Origin: Thermoanaerobaculia bacterium
GTDB taxonomy: Bacteria > Acidobacteriota > Thermoanaerobaculia > Multivoradales > SZUA-115
Direction: 5' to 3'
Length of the DNA: 64,000 nt
Assembly: GCA_044869955.1 (NCBI GenBank)
Contig: JBIOYC010000060.1
Coordinates: 6,850-70,849 of the forward strand
The notes under the pieces were generated by a model, which did not search any database, was not told where the DNA came from, and saw only the letters and a program-made list of their open reading frames with translations. Both the position numbers and the translations under genes were made by a program. Of this stretch, positions 9,251 to 17,958 are shown piece after piece. Each line of letters opens with the position of its first letter. Position 1 is the stretch's first letter.

Positions 9251-10285
9251 TCACTCGCGCTGCTTGGCGCGCTTCAGGCTCTCCGTGTAGGGCGGCCGCA
9301 GCACACCGACCTCCGTGACGATCGCCGTGATCAGCTCGTTCGGCGTGACGTCGAAGGCGAGGTTCAAGGCGTCGCTGCCTGCGGGCGCGACCACCACGCC
9401 GAAGACCTCGCGCACCTCCTCGGGTGAGCGCTCCTCGATCGGGATCCCGGAGCCGTCGGGCAAGTCGAGATCTACGGTCGATCGCGGCGCCGCCACGTAG
9501 AAGGGCACTCCGTGACGGGCGGCCAGCACGGCCACCGTGTAGGTGCCGATCTTGTTCGCGGTGTCGCCGTTGGCGGCGATGCGATCCGCCCCCACCACCA
9601 CCCGTTCGACCAGCCCACGGGACATCAGGGCACCGACGCTCGAGTCCGTCACCAGGCGGTGGGGGATGCCGAGGCGGGCGAGCTCCCAGGCGGTCAGCCG
9701 CGCACCCTGGAGCAAGGGACGGGTCTCGTCCACCCACACCTGAGCCACCTTGCCCAGGCGCCAGGCGGCCTGGATCACGCCGAGGGCGGTGCCGAAGCCG
9801 GCGGTGGCCAGGGCCCCGGCGTTGCAGTGGGTGAGCACCCGGTCTCCGGAAGTGAAGAGGGATGCGCCGTGCTCTCCCAGCGCGCGGTTGGCGGCCACGT
9901 CCTCCTCGCGGAGCCGCTCGGCCCAGGCGAGGAGGGCCGTGCGGGCGGTGGCCGATCCCCGGGTTCTTGTGTCGGCGAAGACCTGCCGGCCCTGGTCCAA
10001 GGCCCAGCGCAGATTCACGGCGGTGGGGCGGGTCCCGGCGAGGAGCTCCCAGGCGTCCTGGAAGTGGCGGTCGAGGTTCTGCCCGGCGCCGTCGATGGCC
10101 AGGACCAGGCCAAAGGCCGCGGCCACACCGATGGCCGGCGCTCCCCGCACCGCGAGCCGCCGGATCGCCTCGGCCACCTGTTCGGGGCGGGTGCAGCGGA
10201 GCCAGGTCTCCTCGCGGGGAAGCCGCGCCTGGTCGAGGAGCAGCAGGGCATCGTCCTGCCACCGGATCGGGCTGAAGTCGTCCAT
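9251..10285 (-). CDS. mtnA: S-methyl-5-thioribose-1-phosphate isomerase (MtnA, eIF-2B family)
   Basis: 344 aa; ...GAPAIGVAAAFGL...LTHCNAGALATAGFGTALGVI...GADRIAANGDTANKIGTY motifs. Confidence 0.8.
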   Translation of the reverse strand: MDDFSPIRWQDDALLLLDQARLPREETWLRCTRPEQVAEAIRRLAVRGAPAIGVAAAFGLVLAIDGAGQNLDRHFQDAWELLAGTRPTAVNLRWALDQGRQVFADTRTRGSATARTALLAWAERLREEDVAANRALGEHGASLFTSGDRVLTHCNAGALATAGFGTALGVIQAAWRLGKVAQVWVDETRPLLQGARLTAWELARLGIPHRLVTDSSVGALMSRGLVERVVVGADRIAANGDTANKIGTYTVAVLAARHGVPFYVAAPRSTVDLDLPDGSGIPIEERSPEEVREVFGVVVAPAGSDALNLAFDVTPNELITAIVTEVGVLRPPYTESLKRAKQRE

Positions 10286-10415
10286 GGGCGTCGCCGTGTC
10301 GTTATCTGGGTCGCAAGGCGTCGATTCTACTCTCGGGGTGAAGGGCCCCGGACCGCCTGGTAGACTCCCGGCACGTCCGAACGGACTTCACGCGAGCACC
10401 TCGGGGAGGTAGCGC

Positions 10416-11585
10416 TTGACCAAGGATTCACCCCAGCACGGTTTTGCCACGCTTGCGATCCACGGCGGCCAGGAGCCCGACCCCTCGACCGGATCGGTCA
10501 CCGTCCCCATCTACCAGACCTCGACCTACGTACAGGACGGCCTGGGCGAGAACCGGGGCTACGAGTACGCCCGCGGCCAGAATCCAACGCGCGCTGCTCT
10601 CGAGCGCAACATTGCTCTGCTCGAGGAAGGTGTGGCCGGCCACGCCTTCGCGTCGGGGATGGCGGCGATCTCGGCCCTGCTCTCCCTGGTGCGCTCGGGC
10701 GAGAAGGTGGTGGCCTCACGCACCGTCTACGGTGGAACCTATCGCTACTTCAGCCGTGTCCTCGACCGCACCGGCATCGAGTTCCGGTGGATCGACAGCA
10801 CGAACCTCGACGCGGTGGCGGCGGCGGTCGACGAGCGCACGCGGCTGGTCTACCTCGAGACTCCCACCAACCCCCTGATGGAGATCACCGACCTCGCGGC
10901 GGTGGCGGAGATCGCCCACGCCCGGGGCGCCCTGGTGGCGGTGGACAACACCTTCCTCTCCCCCTACCTCCAGAAGCCCTTGACTCTGGGGGCCGACGTG
11001 GTGGTGCACTCGGCCACGAAGTTCCTCAACGGCCACTCGGACTGCCTGGGGGGTCTGCTGGTCAGCCGCTCGCCCGAGCTCGCGGAGTGGCTGGCTTTCG
11101 TCCAGAAGTCAGCCGGCGCCATTCTCGGCCCCTTCGACAGCTTCCTGATCCTGCGCGGCATCAAGACTCTGGGGGTACGCATGGAGCGGCACGAGGCGAA
11201 CACTCGCCAGCTCGTCCACCTCCTGAGCCACCACCCGGCCGTGAGGAAGGTGCTCTACCCCGGGCAGCCCGAGCATCCCGGGCATGCCGTGCACTGCCGC
11301 CAGGCGCGGGGGTTCGGCGGCGTGCTCTCCATCGAGCTCGGCAGCTTCGCCCGGGCCAAGGCATTCCTCGAGGCACTGCGGCTGTTCGCACTGGCCGAGA
11401 GCCTGGGGGGCGTCGAGTCCCTGGCCTCGCATCCCGCGCTGATGACCCACGCCTCGATGCCGGCCGAAGCCCGCGAGGGGCTCGGCATCACGGACGGTTT
11501 GGTGCGGCTGTCGGTGGGAATCGAGGAGGTGGACGACCTGCTGGTGGACGTGGATCAGGCTCTGGCGGCGGCCGCGCGGGCCTGA
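10416..11585 (+). CDS. cystathionine gamma-synthase/gamma-lyase family PLP enzyme (trans-sulfuration)
   Basis: TTG start preceded by GGGGAGG. FATLAIHGG...YEYARGQNPTRAALE...VVHSATKFLNGHSD (PLP-lysine region). Confidence 0.8.
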   Translation: MTKDSPQHGFATLAIHGGQEPDPSTGSVTVPIYQTSTYVQDGLGENRGYEYARGQNPTRAALERNIALLEEGVAGHAFASGMAAISALLSLVRSGEKVVASRTVYGGTYRYFSRVLDRTGIEFRWIDSTNLDAVAAAVDERTRLVYLETPTNPLMEITDLAAVAEIAHARGALVAVDNTFLSPYLQKPLTLGADVVVHSATKFLNGHSDCLGGLLVSRSPELAEWLAFVQKSAGAILGPFDSFLILRGIKTLGVRMERHEANTRQLVHLLSHHPAVRKVLYPGQPEHPGHAVHCRQARGFGGVLSIELGSFARAKAFLEALRLFALAESLGGVESLASHPALMTHASMPAEAREGLGITDGLVRLSVGIEEVDDLLVDVDQALAAAARA

Positions 11586-11612
11586 TCGGCAGCGGCGAGG
11601 GGCTCGGCGGGT

Positions 11613-12008
11613 CTACTCGTAGGCCAGCTCGTCCTCGTCCTCGTCCTCGTCGTCGTCGAATTCGGCGTTCTTGTCGACGCTCGCGCCGATCCAATCGAGG
11701 AAGCTCTTGTCACCCTTGGAGACGTTGAAGGCGAGGATCTCGGGCAGCTCGTAGCTGTGCAGCTCGCGGATGGTGGCGGCAACTTCCTCGAACTCCTCGG
11801 CGCGAGTCTTGATCACCAGCAGGAACTCGTCGTCCTGGCAGATCTTGCCCTTCCACCGGTAGATGGAACGGACTCCCGAGAGGACGTTGACGCAGGCGGC
11901 CTGGCGGCGGGCGATGAGCTCGCGCGCGATCAAGTAAGCCTGATCCTCGGTACCAACACTGGTGACCACGCCGATCGCGCGCACGGTGGGGGAAGTTACT
12001 CCAGGCAT
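11613..12008 (-). CDS. cutA: divalent-cation tolerance protein CutA
   Basis: 131 aa; the CutA1 fold signature with an acidic C-terminal tail. Confidence 0.75.
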   Translation of the reverse strand: MPGVTSPTVRAIGVVTSVGTEDQAYLIARELIARRQAACVNVLSGVRSIYRWKGKICQDDEFLLVIKTRAEEFEEVAATIRELHSYELPEILAFNVSKGDKSFLDWIGASVDKNAEFDDDEDEDEDELAYE

Positions 12009-12017
12009 TCCGCAGAG

Positions 12018-12536
12018 TCAAACTGCTCTCTCGAGCTGTCGGAGGCGCTCGCGGGTGTTCTGGTGAGAGGCGTGGAGGGCCTGGATCGCTACGAGGACGC
12101 TCTCGTTGCTCTCTCGCACGGCTCCCAGGACCTCAATCCTCAGATCCTGGATCTCCGTCCGCAGCTCGATCCGCAAGCCGCCGATCTCGGTTCGAAGCTC
12201 GCTGTGAAGCCCCCCGACGTCTCCTCGAAGCCCACCGACCTCGCCGCGAAGACCACAAACTTCTCCTCGAAGCTCGCCGACCTCGCCGTGAAGCCCCCCG
12301 ACGTCTCCTCGAAGCCCACCGACCTCGTCGCGAAGACCACCAACTTCTCCTCGAAGCTCACCGACCTCGCCGCGAAGACCACCAACTTCTCCTCGGAGCT
12401 CACCGACCTCGCCGCGAAGACCACCGACTTCTCCGCGAAGCCCTCCGACTTCTCCTCGAAGCTCACCGACTTCGCTTCGGATCATTGCTTGCACAGCCTG
12501 CATCTCGTCCAGCTTGCGGATGATCTGCTCGGACAT
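12018..12536 (-). CDS. heptad-repeat protein, about 14 tandem EVGxLRG units (hypothetical)
   Basis: MSEQIIRKLDEMQAVQAMIRSEVGELRGEVGGLRGEVGGLRGEVGELRG.... A strong RBS (AGGAGAGGG) precedes the ATG. The gene ends 10 nt upstream of cutA. The plus-strand alternative frame through the same repeats lacks start and RBS support. Confidence 0.6.
   Translation of the reverse strand: MSEQIIRKLDEMQAVQAMIRSEVGELRGEVGGLRGEVGGLRGEVGELRGEVGGLRGEVGELRGEVGGLRDEVGGLRGDVGGLHGEVGELRGEVCGLRGEVGGLRGDVGGLHSELRTEIGGLRIELRTEIQDLRIEVLGAVRESNESVLVAIQALHASHQNTRERLRQLERAV
12170..12480. repeat. array of about 14 imperfect 21-bp tandem repeats (coding), including an 84-bp higher-order duplication
   Basis: The units alternate cgaagaccaccaacttctcct and cgaagctcaccgacctcgccg. 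The stretch gaagccccccgacgtctcctcgaagcccaccgacctcg occurs twice. Confidence 0.8.
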
Positions 12537-12639
12537 CGACCCTCTCCTTCCTGACTGCGCCGTGCTGGCGCGATTGTAGTACCGAAGCCGGGTGTGGCAT
12601 CGGGCTCAGATCCGGAACGAGGCCTCCTCGAATCGACGT

Positions 12640-13242
12640 TCAGCGCCGCCAGCGATCCGCCTCGCGGTCATAGGACAGCACCTGGACGCGGCCGGAGGCT
12701 CCGAGCACCCGGACGGCAGCCAGCTCGCTGCGATGATCCGTGATGTAGACGCTGCCGGGCGTGCCGGACCCGATGGGGTCGAAGGAGGCGAGGTCGGAGC
12801 GGTTGAACCGGATCGGATCATCGAGACTCCCGAGGCGCCGGTGAGGGTCGCTCGGGTCTGGGGGTGGCGAGCCGGGAGGAAAGCCGAAGCCGACTCGGCC
12901 CCCGAGGTGCTCGAGGCGGCGAGGCCGGCGGATCGCCGGGTCGATCCCGGCGTCGATGTCGGCATTCGCCACACCGTCGCCATCGCCATCGGCATAGAGA
13001 CCGTAGGTGAGGAGACCGTCCTGGTCCCGCTCGAACTTCACCGCCACGCGGACGCTGCGCTTGACCGCCTCGGAGCGCGCCAGCCGAAGGGCGGCCGTCA
13101 CTTCCATGGCGGCCGAGCGCACGCGCTCCCGGGCGGTGGCCCGCAGCAGATCGGGTAGAGCGGCAGCGAAGAAGAGGCCGATGATGGCCAGGACGATCGC
13201 GAGCTCGACGAGCTGGAATCCCTGTTCTCGGCACTGATTCAT
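12640..13242 (-). CDS. prepilin-type N-terminal cleavage/methylation domain pseudopilin (GspH/FimT-like)
   Basis: The internal ATG (MNQCREQG|FQLVELAIVLAIIGLFFAAALP) gives the classic prepilin peptidase site G|F...E5 followed by a hydrophobic helix. GGAGAG lies 9 nt upstream. Confidence 0.65.
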   Translation of the reverse strand: MNQCREQGFQLVELAIVLAIIGLFFAAALPDLLRATARERVRSAAMEVTAALRLARSEAVKRSVRVAVKFERDQDGLLTYGLYADGDGDGVANADIDAGIDPAIRRPRRLEHLGGRVGFGFPPGSPPPDPSDPHRRLGSLDDPIRFNRSDLASFDPIGSGTPGSVYITDHRSELAAVRVLGASGRVQVLSYDREADRWRR

Positions 13243-13318
13243 GACCTGGGCTCTCCGGGAAAAGCGCGGCCGCGGCGGGTAGCGCACCCGACCGCGGCCG
13301 CGGTTGAAAGATGTCGGC

Positions 13319-13657
13319 TCAGGCGTCGGCCTTGACCGTGCGGGGGGTGCGGACCTTCGACTTGAGAGTGGTGTCCCCGGACACGGCGACGTAGGGAGCC
13401 AGCAGCTCGTAGGTCTTCTGACCGATGCCGCGCACCAGCATCAGGTCCTCGGGCTTCTTGAACGCGCCGTTGTCCTTGCGGAAGTCGACGATGCGCTGGG
13501 CCACCGCCGGACCCACGCGGGGCAGCAGGGCAAGCTGCTCGACGCTCGCGCTGTTGACGTTGACCTTGCCCTCCGGCTCGGCTGCGAAGGAAGGAAGGGC
13601 GAGGAGGGTCAGGGCGAGGGCGACGATGGCGGCGGTGAAGCGACGGGTACGGGTCAT
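13319..13657 (-). CDS. comEA: ComEA-like helix-hairpin-helix DNA-binding (DNA receptor) protein
   Basis: A signal peptide, then VNVNSASVEQLALLPRVGPAVAQRIVDFRKDNGAFKKPEDLMLVRGIGQKTYE (HhH). RBS AAGGAGAA. Confidence 0.75.
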   Translation of the reverse strand: MTRTRRFTAAIVALALTLLALPSFAAEPEGKVNVNSASVEQLALLPRVGPAVAQRIVDFRKDNGAFKKPEDLMLVRGIGQKTYELLAPYVAVSGDTTLKSKVRTPRTVKADA

Positions 13658-13905
13658 GGGAGTTCTCCTTCTTGGTTGTGGTTGTGCTGCTCGGTTGCTT
13701 GGATTCGGACGTCTGGTGGGCTCATCGAGCCCGGTTGCCTACCTCTTCGATGTCGGCGGTCTCTCCTGCTTCGGCTGCTCACCTCCCTCCTCGGGTTGTT
13801 GGCGACGCCCGGCACAGAGATCAAGCCGCCTGCCACCCGTGGTCGTGGCAGCAACTCGTTTGCTTTGAGATGGTTATGTGGGACTGATGGTTGCGGAGGA
13901 AGGCG

Positions 13906-14035
13906 CGGCGGTCAAGGGATCTTGACCGCCCCACGCGAGCCATCGCGCCGGAGGCCGATACACCGGATCTCCGGGCCGCGGTCAAAGGATTTGGACGGCT
14001 GCAAGATCCCTTGACCGCGCCCCGGCGCGGGCAGG
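13906..14035. promoter_or_regulatory. cluster of three related palindromic motifs (GGTCAAG-GGAT-CTTGACC type) plus the GC palindrome CCGCGCC-CC-GGCGCGG, upstream of lepB
   Basis: The sites are ggtcaagggatcttgacc (13911-13928), ggtcaaaggatttggac (about 13980) and caagatcccttgacc (about 14001, reverse complement of the first). Each contains TTGACC and a GATC core. Confidence 0.35.
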
Positions 14036-14067
14036 AGCCGGCGCACTTCGGATACAGTTAGCCGCCG

Positions 14068-14793
14068 ATGAACGCGACGAAGACCCGTCCGGGAGAAGGA
14101 GCGGGGCGGGCCGCGCCCGCAGGGCCCCACAAGTCGAAGCTCCGGGAGTATCTGGAGGCGATCGTCATCGCCGTGCTCTTTCTGAAGTTCGCCAACACCT
14201 TCGTCCTCCAGACCTTCTACATCCCGAGCGGGTCGATGGAGGACACGCTGCTGGTGGGCGATCACCTCTTCGTCAACCGCTTCATCTACGGCCCGGAAGG
14301 CTGGCTCGAGGGGCTACCTCTGTTGCCGGCCCGAAACGTCCGCCGCGGTGACATCGTCATCTTCCGCTCGGTGGAGGAGCCGTCCCAGGACCTGGTCAAG
14401 CGCTGCGTGGGCATGCCCGGGGATCGCATCGAGATCCTGTCCAAGCAGCTCTACGTCAACGGCCAGCGAGTGGAGGACGGCGGCTACGTGCTGCATCGCA
14501 AGCCTGGCAGCATCGTCCCGCGTCGGGACAACGTCGGGCCCTTGACCGTGCCCGCCGGGAGCTACTACTGCCTCGGTGACAACCGCGACGACTCGAACGA
14601 CTCACGCTTCTGGGGACCGGTACCGGCGGCGATGGTCAAGGGCCGAGCGTCGGCGATCTATTGGTCGTACGGCGGGGAGGTCTCCGACGGCAAGTCTGCC
14701 GACGTTGGCACCTTCCTCGGGCGCACCCTGCGGACGGTGATCGGTTTCCCCATCAAGACGCGGTGGACTCGTACCTTCCACCTGCCTCGTTGA
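14068..14793 (+). CDS. lepB: signal peptidase I (LepB), copy 1
   Basis: IPSGSMEDTLLVGDH (catalytic Ser box), VKRCVGMPGD and YYCLGDNRDDSNDSRFWG boxes. Confidence 0.85.
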   Translation: MNATKTRPGEGAGRAAPAGPHKSKLREYLEAIVIAVLFLKFANTFVLQTFYIPSGSMEDTLLVGDHLFVNRFIYGPEGWLEGLPLLPARNVRRGDIVIFRSVEEPSQDLVKRCVGMPGDRIEILSKQLYVNGQRVEDGGYVLHRKPGSIVPRRDNVGPLTVPAGSYYCLGDNRDDSNDSRFWGPVPAAMVKGRASAIYWSYGGEVSDGKSADVGTFLGRTLRTVIGFPIKTRWTRTFHLPR

Positions 14794-14798
14794 CGGCG

Positions 14799-15512
14799 AT
14801 GGCTGAAGCGTCTCGCCGGCGCCTGACGTTCGCTCCCGTCGCGGACTTGCTCGAGGCCCTGATGCTAGCGGTCCTCTGCGCCCTCTTCGCGCGCACCTTC
14901 CTGGTGCAGGCGTTCAAGATCCCGAGCAGCTCCATGGAGCCCAATCTGCTGATCGGCGACCATCTGCTGGTCAACAAGTTCATCTACGGCGGGGGTCCGG
15001 CGTGGCTCCGGGCGATCCTGCCCAGCCGACCCCTGGAGCGGGGCGACGTGGTGGTCTTCAAGTTCCCCGAAGACCCCGGGCGCGACTTCATCAAGCGCTG
15101 TGTCGGCCTGCCCGGCGATGACATCGAGCTGGTCGACAAGCGGCTCACGATCAACGGCCAGGTCGTCGACGAATCCGCCTACGTTCGGTGGGTGGACGAG
15201 GTGACCTTCCCCCAGGGCTTCGCTTCCGGTCCCCACGGGATCCGCGACAACTTCGGCCCTTACACGGTGCCCGCGGCGAGCTACTTCTGTTTGGGCGACA
15301 ACCGGGACGACTCCAACGACTCTCGCTTCTGGGGTGCCGTTCCCGCCGAGCTCGTGAAGGGCCGCGCCTTCATGATTTACTGGTCGGTCGAGCCCTTTGC
15401 CGAACCGAAGGCACCGACCGGGCCGATCACCGAACTCGGGCGCCGGCTGAGGCGAGGCGCCCACTTCCTGCTCGGGTTGCGCCGCGAGCGCAGCCTGAGC
15501 ATTGTCCGCTGA
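14799..15512 (+). CDS. lepB: signal peptidase I (LepB), copy 2
   Basis: The ATG lies 6 nt after the copy-1 stop. IPSSSMEPNLLIGDH, IKRCVGLPGD and YFCLGDNRDDSNDSRFWG. Confidence 0.8.
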   Translation: MAEASRRRLTFAPVADLLEALMLAVLCALFARTFLVQAFKIPSSSMEPNLLIGDHLLVNKFIYGGGPAWLRAILPSRPLERGDVVVFKFPEDPGRDFIKRCVGLPGDDIELVDKRLTINGQVVDESAYVRWVDEVTFPQGFASGPHGIRDNFGPYTVPAASYFCLGDNRDDSNDSRFWGAVPAELVKGRAFMIYWSVEPFAEPKAPTGPITELGRRLRRGAHFLLGLRRERSLSIVR

Positions 15513-15526
15513 CGACGGAGGCGACC

Positions 15527-15892
15527 ATGCGACGTCCTGGTGAGCGCGGCGACACCAACCTCGGCTGCGTGCTCTGGCTGATCGCGCTGGTGATCGCCGG
15601 CATGGTCCTGTGGAAGGCCGTGCCGGTGAAGATCGCCAACAGCGAGCTCTATGACTACATGCTGGAGCTCACCCGCTTCTCTTCCGGTCGCTCCCCGGAA
15701 GAGATCAAGAAGCGAGTTCACAAGAAGGCCCAGGAGCTCAGATTGCCCCTGGACGCGAAGAACATCTCGGTCGAGAAGAACCGCGAGCGGATCCGCATCC
15801 GTTGCAAGTACACGGTGCCTCTCGAGTTCCCCGGCTACACCTACCTGTGGGAGGTGGAGCACGACATCGACCGGCAGATCTTCTATCTCTAG
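15527..15892 (+). CDS. hypothetical membrane-anchored protein (about 121 aa)
   Basis: GGAGGCGACC-ATG. An N-terminal TM helix (LGCVLWLIALVIAGMVLW) followed by a charged soluble domain. Confidence 0.45.
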   Translation: MRRPGERGDTNLGCVLWLIALVIAGMVLWKAVPVKIANSELYDYMLELTRFSSGRSPEEIKKRVHKKAQELRLPLDAKNISVEKNRERIRIRCKYTVPLEFPGYTYLWEVEHDIDRQIFYL

Positions 15893-16013
15893 CAGAGCCC
15901 TGGGGGCCCTGGGGGCCGTCCTCCCCGGGGCTCTCTTCGGTGCCCTCGTCGGCCAGCTGCTCTTCTTCCTCAACCCCCAGCTGCCCTTCTCGATCGCGAG
16001 CGTCGGGCGGGCA

Positions 16014-17579
16014 GTGGCGGTCTACGGACTTTCGGCCGGCCTGGTCTCCCTGCTGCTGGGCGGGCTCTTCGGCCGGACCCATCGTTTCCGCTTCCTGGCC
16101 TGGGGAGTGACCTTCGCCCTGGCTCTGGCCGCCCTGCTCGGCTGGTTGGCTCCTTCACGCTTCGCCTACTACCTCACGCCGGCGGTCAACGAGAGGCTGC
16201 TCAAGGCGGCCACGGGCCTGACCGCGTGCGCGGTCGTCGCCTTCTACACGGCCCTCCTCCACACTGCCTGGCGACGCCGCTACGGCAAGGGCAGCCTGGT
16301 GCTGCTCGGGGCCGTGATCCTGACGGCCAACCTCTTGCTGGTCGAGCGGCGCAGCGCGATCCCGCCGCCGCCAGAGCCCATCCGGCAGCAAAGCCTGCTC
16401 GAAGAGAGCCGGCGGCTGCGCCTGGTGGTGGTGGGGATCGACTCGGCGAGCCTGGAGGCGATTCTGCCCCTGGTCGAGGAAGGGTCCCTGCCCTTCCTGG
16501 GCTCCCTGCTCGAGGGCGGCGCCTGGGGTCACCTCCGTTCGATCCGACCGCCGAGATTCAGCTCTTTGTGGACCACTGTTTCTACTGGGCAGTTTCCCTA
16601 CCGCCACGGCATTTCGAGCTCCGGCGTCTATCCCGCGCCCTGGCTGGGAGAGGGGCTGGAGCTGCGCTTGATGCCACCGTTGCGACCGATCGAGCTTTGG
16701 TTGCGGTTCTTCGGGGCCGGGCGGGCGATCGACGCCGCGGACCGTAAGTCCATCACCCTCTGGGAGTTGCTGGCTTCACTGGGGATCCCGACGGGCGTCG
16801 TCGGCTGGCCGGTGGCCACCCCCTTCCCGTCCGGCCTCGCCTTCGGGGTCTCGGATCGCTTCCTGGCCGGCGCGCCGCCCGAAGGTGACGTCGTGCCCCA
16901 ACGTGCCGCGGAGTGGGCTCGCTCCCTGCGGGGCATCAGCGAGGATCTCGGTCGGGGGGTGTCGCCCGTCCTGGCGAAGAGCCCGTCGTTGAGGAGCGCC
17001 CTGGCGGAGGATCTCACCCGCTTGGCCCTGCTCAACCGATTCCTCGAGTCCCAACCCGATCGAGCCGCCGGCTTCGTGCTGCTACCCGGGCTGCGCAGCG
17101 CCTCGCGGTCGAGCTATGGGGGCTTCGCCGCGGTGCACTTCGAAGGCCTGCGCGAAGGTGAGTATCTGGCAGCGGAGGAGACGCTTCGGGCCTACTACGT
17201 CCAGCTCGACGGCCTGCTCGAGGACCTCTGGCAGCGGCAGGAGGGGCCGACGCTGCTCGCCCTGGTCTCGGCCTATGGGGTGGAGGGAGCCTCGGGTTGG
17301 CGGCGGGTTCGGGCGGCCCTGATCGAAGAGAAGGCCCTCGAGGGCTACGTCGACCGGGCGCCGCCGGGCTTCTTCCTGCTCTACGGTGAAGGAGTCCGGC
17401 CCGCCGGCCGGACCGCCGAGGCGACGCTGGTAGACCTCCAGCCGACGCTGCTCTACGCCCTGGGACTGCCGATCGGCCGCGACCTCGCGGGCAAGTTGCT
17501 GCGCGACGCCTTCCCTTCGGAGGAGCTGGCGGCGCGGCCCCAGACCTTCGTAGCGTCCTACGAGGCGCTCAGGCCTTGA
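16014..17579 (+). CDS. alkaline phosphatase-superfamily (type I phosphodiesterase/nucleotide pyrophosphatase-like) membrane protein; start uncertain
   Basis: LVVVGIDSASLEAILPLVEEGSLPFLGSLLEGGAWGHLRSIRPPRFSSLWTTVSTGQFPYRHGI is the AlkP-core motif. The ATG at 15651 would overlap the upstream gene by 240 nt. GTG 16014 is the first conventional in-frame start after the upstream stop. Hydrophobic segments upstream suggest a non-canonical or earlier start (15894-16013). Confidence 0.5.
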   Translation: MAVYGLSAGLVSLLLGGLFGRTHRFRFLAWGVTFALALAALLGWLAPSRFAYYLTPAVNERLLKAATGLTACAVVAFYTALLHTAWRRRYGKGSLVLLGAVILTANLLLVERRSAIPPPPEPIRQQSLLEESRRLRLVVVGIDSASLEAILPLVEEGSLPFLGSLLEGGAWGHLRSIRPPRFSSLWTTVSTGQFPYRHGISSSGVYPAPWLGEGLELRLMPPLRPIELWLRFFGAGRAIDAADRKSITLWELLASLGIPTGVVGWPVATPFPSGLAFGVSDRFLAGAPPEGDVVPQRAAEWARSLRGISEDLGRGVSPVLAKSPSLRSALAEDLTRLALLNRFLESQPDRAAGFVLLPGLRSASRSSYGGFAAVHFEGLREGEYLAAEETLRAYYVQLDGLLEDLWQRQEGPTLLALVSAYGVEGASGWRRVRAALIEEKALEGYVDRAPPGFFLLYGEGVRPAGRTAEATLVDLQPTLLYALGLPIGRDLAGKLLRDAFPSEELAARPQTFVASYEALRP

Positions 17580-17958
17580 CGCCCTTGCCGCTCGCCGCCT
17601 CGGCGCCGCCCTCGCCCTTCTGCATCGCGCACTGACCCTCGAAGAAGGCGCCGTCGTCGATCACCAGGGTGGGGGTGAAGAGATCCCCGAAGATCCGCCC
17701 TCCGGCGGCGATGTGGATGCGTCGTCGGGCTCGGATGGTCCCGCGCACCACGCCCGAGACTACGACCTCGCCGACATCGAGATCCGCCTCCACTTCACCG
17801 TGCTCGCCGACGACCAGGCGGCCGTCGGAGGTCACCGTACCCTTGATCTTGCCGTCGACGCGAAACTGACTTTCGAAGCGCAGGGTGCCTTCGAGAAAGC
17901 TGCCTCGGTCCACGAAGCCGTTCAAATCCGGCGCGGCGCTGTCCGACTTGAAGATCAT
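17569..17958 (-). CDS. bactofilin (polymer-forming cytoskeletal protein, DUF583)
   Basis: Beta-helical bactofilin repeats (IKGTVTSDGRLVVGEHGEVEADLDVGEVVVSGVVRGTIRARRRIHIAAGGRIFGDL). The ATG overlaps the parB stop (ATGA). Confidence 0.8.
   Translation of the reverse strand: MIFKSDSAAPDLNGFVDRGSFLEGTLRFESQFRVDGKIKGTVTSDGRLVVGEHGEVEADLDVGEVVVSGVVRGTIRARRRIHIAAGGRIFGDLFTPTLVIDDGAFFEGQCAMQKGEGGAEAASGKGVKA

Noticed and set aside
10286-10415. Possible SAM/methionine riboswitch between divergent mtnA and the cystathionine gamma-synthase-like gene
   Set aside because: The spacer is only about 130 nt, and no SAM-I or SAM-II consensus elements were recognisable by eye.
12170-12480. Tandem repeat array as a possible CRISPR
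   Set aside because: The 21-bp units are contiguous with no spacers, lie inside a coding frame and have no cas genes nearby.
11757-12554. Plus-strand 265-aa ORF through the 21-bp repeats (..SSKPTDLAAKTTNFSSKL..)
   Set aside because: The minus-strand frame has a strong RBS and ATG, a coherent N-terminus and operon fit with cutA. The plus frame is only the mirror of the repeats.
15651-16013. ATG at 15651 as start of the AlkP-like gene
   Set aside because: It would overlap the upstream gene by 240 nt in another frame. The real start is more likely downstream of 15892, though it is uncertain.
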